Shown piece after piece: positions 25,772 to 32,000 of a stretch of 32,000 nucleotides of DNA. The position numbers and the translations under genes were made by a program. Location of the stretch: NCBI RefSeq assembly GCF_000284115.1, contig NC_017081.1:49158-81157 (forward strand), written 5' to 3'. Every line of letters starts with the position of its first letter. The stretch's first letter is position 1. The stretch comes from Phycisphaera mikurensis NBRC 102666. Lineage in GTDB: Bacteria; Planctomycetota; Phycisphaerae; Phycisphaerales; Phycisphaeraceae. Under the pieces are notes generated by a model, which had not been told where the DNA came from, did no database searches, and saw only the letters and a list, made by a program, of their open reading frames with translations.

Positions 25772-26291
25772 GCGGTCAACTCACGCCGGCTCGGGTGGCG
25801 GGCGCCGTGGCCCGCGGCGACGCTCACGCCAGCCGCCAGCCAAAAGCTGGCGGGCACCCGAGCGGCGGCCCCACACTGCGTGACGCCTGCGACCAACTCC
25901 ACGAGGTCCGCCACCGGCCCGGGGCGGCGGTGATCCCGCGGCTGCGATGCGACCGCAAGGTGCTTCGACGGCGCTCCGACACCAGGCACCCGGCCAGCAC
26001 CCTCGCCAAGCTCGGCGATCACGATCCAGCTGCGGACACGCCGCCCCGCATGGGTTGCTTCAGCACCCAGAACGCCAAAGCATCCTCCGATCGAGAGCCG
26101 GGGCTGCCCCCCATCGGCGTCCCCACCGAAAAGCAGCCGGAGCCGCACCCTCGGCACCGTGGCATCCGCCGCTCCAACTCCCTCGCCGCGGAATCGCACC
26201 TCCGCGGCCCCCCCACCGCCCTGTCGGCACTGAGCCCGGTCCACCCGTGAAGGTGACGACTCCGGCGACCGGCCCGCGTTTTGTAGTGCTT

Positions 26292-27938
26292 TCATTTGAG
26301 AAACATACAGTCGTCGCCCTGGTCCCGCAGCTCCACCATCGCTGGCAACGACGCGGCCGCCCGCACCCGTGCCAGCCGCGCTGCGTCCAGCTCTTCCGAG
26401 GCGGCTCGCTCCCGCGAGGGAGTCCATCCCGGAGCCGCTTTGCGGAGCAGTTGGTGAAGGACGTGCGGTCCTTGGCGGTGCCGCTGACACGCCGCACGGG
26501 CCGACGCCAAGAGCTTCGCGTCGGCGGAGGGCGTTCCCCCTCCCGCCGGTTGAGGGGGTCTCGGGGAGGACACCGACGCGCGCCTCGACCTGGAGCGGGC
26601 GGCGGCCGCACGACGCTCGAGTGCATCCGATTCGTCACCGTCGGTGATGAGGTCCCACCTCCGGCGGTGGAGCATCCACGCCATGAGTTTGAGCGGAGAA
26701 CCGCCCTTCTGGGCCGTGATCCGAAGCGCATGCTCTCGTGCTCCCCACCAGCGGAGCCGGCCGCGGTCGCCGGGCTCGACCTTCCCGGCCTCGACGGCAC
26801 GGTCCAGAGCCGCGGCGAAGAGGTTCTCGTCCCGCAAGTCTTCGGGCCGCAGGTGGAGGCCGTGCCTCCGCTCGCTTTGCTTCCCTTTCTTCCCCTGCTT
26901 CTCGATCGAAACACCATCGCCCTCCCCGGCGGGGGGTTGTTGGTGTTTAAATTCTTCTTCCTTCGAAGAAGAAGAAGGGTGCTCGTGTAATGGGGCGGAA
27001 GAAACAGCTCCCGATCTGGCGGCACGACCGGAAGATCCGCTCCCGTGAGGGGTCGGAACACTTGCCGCCTGGTCACGGCTTCGCGCGCGGGCATCGCGAG
27101 GTTGGGGAGCTTCCCGCAGCCGAGGTGGGGCCTCTCCCCCCGCCGCTCGCGGGGAAGCACCGCCCCACCGCAGGTTGATCGATATGCGGGCCCCGTACCG
27201 CGACAGATACCAGGGCGGCGTCGCGTGGGCCAGAAGAAGACCTTCGCGCACCAGCTCACGACGCGCCCCCTGAAGCGAGCGGTCGGAAAGGCCCAGCAGC
27301 GGTCCGGCAGCTGTGGCGGCCCAGGAGCCGTTGGGGTCCAGCCGCTTGTCCCGCACGTAGAGGCAGCGGATCAGCGATACGAGAGCCGCCCCACTCCGTG
27401 CCCGGCTCTGACCCGCGGCCAGCCACCGGACCCACCGGCGGGGAACCGGAAGCAGCCGCCTCCGGTTCTCGACCTCACGCAGGAAGGTGAATACACCGTC
27501 CGTGTCTCCGCGGTACTGATCGGGGCTGGTCGCCAGCTGCGGCCGGGTGTCCGACCAGACGAGGAGCCCCACCGCCTCCAGCTCCCGGATCGCCGCCCGG
27601 AGCGGCTTCATGGAACCGGGGCCACGCTCAACGCCCAGCAGACGTTGGAGCTCCGCAACACCGTGGTACGCCTCCCGCCCCGCCGCCCCACCGCCCAACC
27701 CCGCCACATCACGCCGGCAACGCATCTCTAAGACCGCCCACCAGACGCGGAACGCCAGCGGTCCGATCTGCTTCTCCCGCCGTGCCACCCAGAGCATCGC
27801 CACCTGCGGCAGCGTGACGGTGAGGTACCCGCCCGCCGGAGCGGACGACGCGGGAAGGTGCCACGCTCTGCGGGGACGCCGAGCGACAGCCGCCCCCCCG
27901 CCGCCGCGGGAGAGATTCGAGGTTGAGTTGGCCTGCAC
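26292..27938 (-). CDS. probable plasmid replication initiator-like / winged-helix protein
   Basis: 548-aa ORF with GTG start. IGPLAFRVWWAVLEMRCRRD...VAELQRLLGVERGPGSMKPLRAAIRELEAVGLLVW (winged-helix-like), SLIRCLYVRDKRLD..., LLGLSDRSLQGARRELVREGLLL; basic low-complexity tail. Located divergently from parA across a repeat-rich non-coding region. Confidence 0.55.
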   Translation of the reverse strand: MQANSTSNLSRGGGGAAVARRPRRAWHLPASSAPAGGYLTVTLPQVAMLWVARREKQIGPLAFRVWWAVLEMRCRRDVAGLGGGAAGREAYHGVAELQRLLGVERGPGSMKPLRAAIRELEAVGLLVWSDTRPQLATSPDQYRGDTDGVFTFLREVENRRRLLPVPRRWVRWLAAGQSRARSGAALVSLIRCLYVRDKRLDPNGSWAATAAGPLLGLSDRSLQGARRELVREGLLLAHATPPWYLSRYGARISINLRWGGASPRAAGGEAPPRLREAPQPRDARARSRDQAASVPTPHGSGSSGRAARSGAVSSAPLHEHPSSSSKEEEFKHQQPPAGEGDGVSIEKQGKKGKQSERRHGLHLRPEDLRDENLFAAALDRAVEAGKVEPGDRGRLRWWGAREHALRITAQKGGSPLKLMAWMLHRRRWDLITDGDESDALERRAAAARSRSRRASVSSPRPPQPAGGGTPSADAKLLASARAACQRHRQGPHVLHQLLRKAAPGWTPSRERAASEELDAARLARVRAAASLPAMVELRDQGDDCMFLK

Positions 27939-28481
27939 GAGACAGCTCCAGGCGCAGGAGGCGCGCCGTTCCAGAAAAGGAGCGTTGACATTCGGCTCAG
28001 CGTGCTAGTCTCAGGCTGTATTGGACCTGAGGGTTTCGTTGGCGTCCTGCCACCGGGATCCTGGAAGACGCGGCCCTGCAAGGCTGCGTTTTCGCATGGA
28101 GGCCCGGCACTCCACCCGCTCCACGGCTCGGACCAGCGGAGGCGGGAGACCCGCTGGCGGCCTCACGCTAAACCGAAAACGCGGGGCCGTGGGCCCGGTT
28201 ATGGGGCTTTGAAGGGCCCGGAGGGTGATCTGGCGACAGACGAGTGTCCCCCCACAACTGACCCCACACAACAGGGGTTGCATGACAGTCACCGGTCATC
28301 TGTCCCATATCGAGTGGAGACTCTTGTTAGGGGGCGCACGTGTGGGGTGCTTCATGTGTCGCCGTTCGTCTGACCCCTGATAGAAGTTGTTCTCAAGTGT
28401 CTCCTCTTATCTGTACCTCTTCATGTGGACCCAGACATGTGGGACCACTCGTCTTTCTCCTCATGTCGGTCCCCAGACGAA

Positions 28482-28496
28482 GGGGGGGGGGGGGGG
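28482..28496 (+). repeat. G15 homopolymer tract
   Basis: Fifteen consecutive G residues between ACGAA and CGAG. Confidence 0.95.
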
Positions 28497-28552
28497 CGAG
28501 CCGTTTCCGCCCATCCGGCTGCACGCCCGTTGAACGCTGTTGCTTCGACCCT

Positions 28553-28594
28553 TCAAGTGTCCCCACTTGGCCCGGATCAAGAGGGGACACTTGA
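28553..28594. repeat. 42-nt hairpin formed by two inverted iteron-like copies
   Basis: TCAAGTGTCCCC (28553-28564) and GGGGACACTTGA (28583-28594) are perfect 12-bp arms. After one A-A mismatch the stem continues with CTTG (28566-28569)/CAAG (28578-28581) around loop GCCCGGAT. Confidence 0.85.
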
Positions 28595-29077
28595 TGCTGA
28601 GATGCTCAGCGAAGCTCTCGCGAAAACCCCGCTCGAGCCCTTCTAGCGGTCTCTGGCTCTTGCGATCTGCTTCGGTGGCCTTGGCGGCTGCGACGCCGCT
28701 CTTCATGTGCCGTTGCCGTTTCGGCCGCGAAAGCCAAACAACCGATCCACCAAACGGGGACAGACACTCGTCGCATCTGTACCCTGACGACCAATGACAT
28801 CCGACTACTCCAGGTTGTTCAAGCAGTGTGAGGACCAGATGGTTTGCGTCCCCTCACGTCTGTCCACATGTAAGAGGGGACTCACGACATGTGTGGGTCT
28901 TCGTCCCCACTCGAAAGTCCCCCTTTATCAGTACCCACACAAGAGGGAATACTTATGAAGCCCCTTTTGTCTGCCCCCAGACATCTGTCTCCTTAAATGG
29001 GGGTACGGACATCAGGGGACGCTCAAAGCCGTCGACTCGTCCGTGTCGCTCCAAACTTTTTTTCCAAAGAACCTCGC

Positions 29078-30034
29078 ATGAAGAACGAAAAGACGACCGT
29101 CGTCAGCATTGGCAACCAGAAGGGGGGTGTGGGCAAGACCACCACCACGCTGAACCTCGCCGCCGCGCTGGGCCAACTCGGCAAGGAAGTCCTGGTCATC
29201 GACCTCGACCAGAACTGCGGGGCGACTCGGGGGCTCGGCATCCCGCCCGAGTCCTACGCCAGCTCCTTCGACATGATGGTGGGGGAGGGCGGCGGCACCG
29301 GAGCGGAGCTGGACCCGCTGGAGCTGGTCATCACGACCGACCCGGACGAGGACCTGCTCTTGCCAGAGGGTGTGTCGATGATCACGGGCAACCGGAGCCT
29401 CGAGGACCTCGATGACGTGCTCCGGAAGAAGCCCGAAGCACGCTTCTCCATGCCGGGTGCGGTCTTGGAGCCGTCCATCCAGAAGCTCGTCGACGCGAAG
29501 AAGTGGGACTTCATCTTCTTGGACACCGCTCCCCAACTCACCACCGCGACCCTCGGTGCATACCGCGTCGCGGAGTGGTTCATTGTCGTCACCCAGCCCG
29601 AAGCGTTGAGCATCCTCGGGATGGAGGATGCGTTCTCCGACCTGAAGCTGGTCCGCAAGGAATACAACCCGGCCCTCAAGCTCCTTGGGGTCGTCATCGG
29701 CAACTACGCCAAGGGGACGAAGACGGCGATGACGCTCGACCGGCAGATCCGCGATCAGTTCGAAGGAACCGGCACCTTCGGGCCGTTCAAGCAGAACATC
29801 TCTCGGACCGTTGCGATCCCAACGGCTCAGTACGAGCAGATGACCATCATCCAGCACAAGCCGGCGCACCAGAGCACCGAAGAGTTTCGCTGCCTGGCCA
29901 AAGAGGTGATGGAGCGGATCAATCTTGGCGCGCCCCCCGCGACGGGTGGGGGGGATGAAGCCGAGAAGGGTGGTGCGGTTGCTGGCGGGGGTGAAGCCCG
30001 CACCCATCCCGAGGAGGTGACCGATGCCGGTTAA
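29078..30034 (+). CDS. parA: ParA-family partition ATPase
   Basis: ATG 29078: MKNEKTTVVSIGNQKGGVGKTTTTLNLAAALGQLGKEVLVIDLDQNCGATRGLGI (deviant Walker A), FIFLDTAPQLTTATLGA. Confidence 0.93.
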   Translation: MKNEKTTVVSIGNQKGGVGKTTTTLNLAAALGQLGKEVLVIDLDQNCGATRGLGIPPESYASSFDMMVGEGGGTGAELDPLELVITTDPDEDLLLPEGVSMITGNRSLEDLDDVLRKKPEARFSMPGAVLEPSIQKLVDAKKWDFIFLDTAPQLTTATLGAYRVAEWFIVVTQPEALSILGMEDAFSDLKLVRKEYNPALKLLGVVIGNYAKGTKTAMTLDRQIRDQFEGTGTFGPFKQNISRTVAIPTAQYEQMTIIQHKPAHQSTEEFRCLAKEVMERINLGAPPATGGGDEAEKGGAVAGGGEARTHPEEVTDAG

Positions 30035-30689
30035 GCGGAAGCCCAAGCCCGAAGGCCGTCGGCTGATGAAGTTCGACCCTTCGGAGTTGAACGAGCCGGT
30101 CCCCGCTCTCGAGGAGCAGGCGGCACCCGAAGCACCCGCGTCCGTCCCGGTGGAGGAGCCCGCGCCCACAGTCGCCGAGCCGGTTCACCCCGTTGCGGAG
30201 TCCGAAGTTCGCGTGACGCCGACCGCTCCCGTGGCCGCCGCTCCCGACGCAGAGGACCGGCCGGAGAGGGCACCCGCCGAGCCGCTGCCCCCTCCGGCCC
30301 CCGAGCCGCCCCAGCGTCAGATCCCGCTGCAAGGAGTCGACCCGCCACCGAGTCGGCGATCCCCCCGGCCGCGATCGGCGGTGCGTTCGGACTCCGGCTA
30401 CAGAAAGGGCATGAAGACCCGCTTCACGCGGGAGGAAACCGAAGCGAACGCGGAGATCCTCGCCCTCCTCAAGGAGGTGACGCAGTCCAGCGTCAGCGAG
30501 GCGCAGGTCACCCGCGCCCTCTGGTCGCTGCTCCGCCGCGCCGACGACACGATCAACCAGAACCGCAATCGGGCACCCATCCTCAGGCGGCCGAGCAACG
30601 GCGACTCCGTGGGCCTGGCCGCGTACGAAGACCAGATCACCGACTACCTGCACTCCGTTGTCCGCTCCACCCGGAAAAGCGACCGATGA
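30024..30689 (+). CDS. hypothetical partner protein of ParA (Pro/Glu-rich N-terminus, small basic C-terminal domain)
   Basis: 221 aa overlapping the parA 3' end. C-terminal MKTRFTREETEANAEILALLKEVTQSSVSEAQVTRALWSLLRRADDTINQNRN suggests a small DNA-binding domain. No ParB motifs recognised. Confidence 0.6.
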   Translation: MPVKRKPKPEGRRLMKFDPSELNEPVPALEEQAAPEAPASVPVEEPAPTVAEPVHPVAESEVRVTPTAPVAAAPDAEDRPERAPAEPLPPPAPEPPQRQIPLQGVDPPPSRRSPRPRSAVRSDSGYRKGMKTRFTREETEANAEILALLKEVTQSSVSEAQVTRALWSLLRRADDTINQNRNRAPILRRPSNGDSVGLAAYEDQITDYLHSVVRSTRKSDR

Positions 30690-31087
30690 GCGATCGAGCG
30701 CCCGGCCGGGGCGACGCCAACCGGTACGCCCCCCCCAAGTCCCTCCGCCTCCGGCGGGAGGTGGTAGCGCGGTTCCGGGACGCCTGCCGGCAGCGCGACC
30801 GGCGAGCCGCCGAAGTGTTAACGGTCCTGCTGGAGGAGTACCTGGCTTTGGAGCGTCCGGTGCGAGCCCATCTTCACGTCCGGATGCACGACGCGGTGCC
30901 CGCGGAAGCCGCCAAGAGCGGTGGGGGGGTGGCGTTCAACTGCCGCCTGCCACCCGACCTCTTGGATCGCCTTGAAAATCAGGCGGAAGAAGAGATGCGT
31001 AGCCCGCTCAACATCATTGAGTGGGTCATGGCATTCTGGAGCCTGCCGGATGGCGACGGATCGCTGTCCTCCAAGGTCGCTCCTTGA
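30686..31087 (+). CDS. hypothetical protein with two apparent RHH-like halves
   Basis: 133 aa, ATGA overlap with the upstream gene. Half 1: KSLRLRREVVARFRDACRQRDRRAAEVLTVLLEEYLAL. Half 2: VAFNCRLPPDLLDRLENQAEEEMRSPLNIIEWVMAFW. Confidence 0.6.
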   Translation: MSDRAPGRGDANRYAPPKSLRLRREVVARFRDACRQRDRRAAEVLTVLLEEYLALERPVRAHLHVRMHDAVPAEAAKSGGGVAFNCRLPPDLLDRLENQAEEEMRSPLNIIEWVMAFWSLPDGDGSLSSKVAP

Positions 31088-31115
31088 GCACGCCGTACCC
31101 GGAACGGACTCCATC

Positions 31116-31334
31116 ATGGCCGCATCCCCGATTCGACCCCGACTCCGCACCTCGAAGCCGTCGCCCGAGGTGGTCGAGGCCTTCGAAGAAGCGTGTGCCC
31201 GCGAGCTGCGCACCCCGGGGAAGGTGCTAGAGGCCCTGATGATTTCCTTCGTTGGTATGACGCCCGCGTCTCGGGATGAGTTGGCGATCCTCCGAAGCGA
31301 CCACCTCAAACAGCGAGGCATGGTCACGCGGTAG
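31116..31334 (+). CDS. small hypothetical protein, possible RHH-like segment
   Basis: ATG 31116 inside ORF 30921..31334: MAASPIRPRLRTSKPSPEVVEAFEEACARELRTPGKVLEALMISFVGMTPASRDELAILRSDHLKQRGMVTR. Shape resembles half 1 of the preceding protein. Confidence 0.45.
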   Translation: MAASPIRPRLRTSKPSPEVVEAFEEACARELRTPGKVLEALMISFVGMTPASRDELAILRSDHLKQRGMVTR

Positions 31335-31557
31335 GGCGGTCGTCCGCACGCCGCCCCCGGGGCGTGGGAGCCATTCGCCGTTCCCGCTCGACCGAGGCCA
31401 GCTCCACGCGGAGGCCCACGTCCTGTAGGCGGTCATGCAAACCGTCTTCGGGCGCGTCCAAGTCGAAGCGGGCCACGGAGTCGCGTTCGATCCCGGCGAA
31501 GACCCGGATGATCTCCAGCCGGCTGCGTGCATGGCTGACGATCAGCTTCGCGTTCAT
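31324..31557 (-). CDS. small hypothetical protein
   Basis: 77 aa from M at 31557 (MNAKLIVSHARSRLEIIRVFAGIERDSVARFDLDAPEDGLHDRLQDVGLRVELASVERERRM). Natural-looking composition but short; overlaps the 3' end of the preceding gene convergently. Confidence 0.35.
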   Translation of the reverse strand: MNAKLIVSHARSRLEIIRVFAGIERDSVARFDLDAPEDGLHDRLQDVGLRVELASVERERRMAPTPRGRRADDRPTA

Positions 31558-32000
31558 CTCATGTTTCAAAAGGGGTTCTTTCTCCGTTTCAGCCGACCTT
31601 GTGCGTGGGCGGCGGGGTGCTTTTGTGTGGTCATCCCCGGATGCAGACTGACCTGAAGCGAGGAAACGCACGGTCGTCGCGTGGATGCCTCGCCTCCGCC
31701 GACGCGCCCATCAGGGAAACCCTGACCCCTCGCAGCGGAACCGCAAGCCTGTGCAACCCGGGAGGGGAGAAATGCTCGTCTCTTCTGCCGAAATTGAGGA
31801 TCGCATGGGTTGGGTGGCTGTGCAGGACAGGAAGCGGAGCCCGCGGTGAGGGAGGCCAGCGGTTCCATGAGCCGGCGTTCTCCGCCCTGCACCCGGGGTG
31901 CCGGGGGCCGACCCCGGTCGCCCGCCGCGCAGGCGTTCCCGCTTCACCACCAATCCGTCAAGACAGCCGCCGGGTCCACGCCCACCACACTTCTCACCGA

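Larger units (their letters stand above)
28240..28956. repeat. dispersed iteron-like 16-bp repeats, consensus AAGAGGGGACACTTGA, both orientations
   Basis: Best copies: 28579-28594 (+, 16/16), 28553-28568 (-, 15/16), 28393-28408 (-, 15/16), 28872-28887 (+, 13/16). Weaker: 28941-28956 (+, 12/16), 28240-28255 (-, 11/16), 28312-28327 (+, 11/16), 28911-28926 (-, 11/16). Confidence 0.65.

Noticed and set aside
26060-27259. Minus-strand 399-aa ORF overlapping the rep-like gene in another frame, and plus-strand 25947..26990
   Set aside because: Both have shadow-frame composition (Arg/Pro/Ser runs) and overlap the more natural 26292..27938 frame.
28002-28800. Small ORFs in the rep-parA intergenic region (28002..28373, 28340..28594, 28540..28797, 28461..28706 and others)
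   Set aside because: They overlap repeats, a G15 tract and each other in several frames, with no conserved-looking protein features. A regulatory/replication region explains them better.
28925-28935. DnaA box reading of TTATCAGTA / TTATCTGTA
   Set aside because: Only a loose match to TTATNCACA. I treat them as an extension of the local repeat unit, not as credible DnaA boxes.
28240-28956. CRISPR array interpretation of the repeats
   Set aside because: Repeats are short, degenerate, in both orientations and irregularly spaced, with no cas genes in the window.
31558-32000. Short ORFs at the right edge (31566..31892 minus, 31435..31656 plus, 31711..31953 minus)
   Set aside because: Mutually overlapping with no recognisable features and truncated context; insufficient support for a coding call.
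1-32000. tRNA or rRNA genes, and transposase/IS elements
   Set aside because: None recognised. No transposase-like proteins in the ORF track and no IS-type terminal repeats noticed; a formal tRNAscan/ISfinder run was not possible.

Overview
This high-GC 32 kb window looks like conjugative plasmid backbone with flanking cargo. The best-supported content is a compact, minus-strand P-type (Trb/VirB) conjugation cluster. In transcription order it runs rep-like gene, traF, relaxase, traG/virD4, RHH gene, trbB, trbC, trbD, trbE, trbJ, trbL, trbF, trbG, trbI and a DUF2274-like gene; most junctions overlap or nearly touch. A divergent parA partition operon starts at 29078. The rep/parA intergenic region (27939-29077) appears non-coding and holds a dispersed 16-bp iteron-like repeat in both orientations, a long hairpin, a recurrent CATGTG motif and a G15 tract. 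Cargo on the left side is (i) a metal-homeostasis block (His-rich lipoprotein, CDF-like transporter, P1B-4-like ATPase with SPC and HEGSTL motifs, LpxR-family protein); (ii) an AbiEii/AbiEi-type toxin-antitoxin pair arranged tail-to-tail, not in the usual operon order, with a 10+10 bp inverted repeat just upstream of the AbiEi start; and (iii) a tyrosine recombinase followed by an uncharacterised ORF with a weak HNH-like signature. Candidate new or under-described elements are the convergent AbiE locus with its operator, the iteron/centromere-like region with an unusual partition partner set including an apparent tandem-RHH protein, an oriT-like region between traF and the relaxase, and the xer/HNH-like module. 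All assignments come from reading motifs by eye. No database search was run, and planctomycete origin is only a guess.
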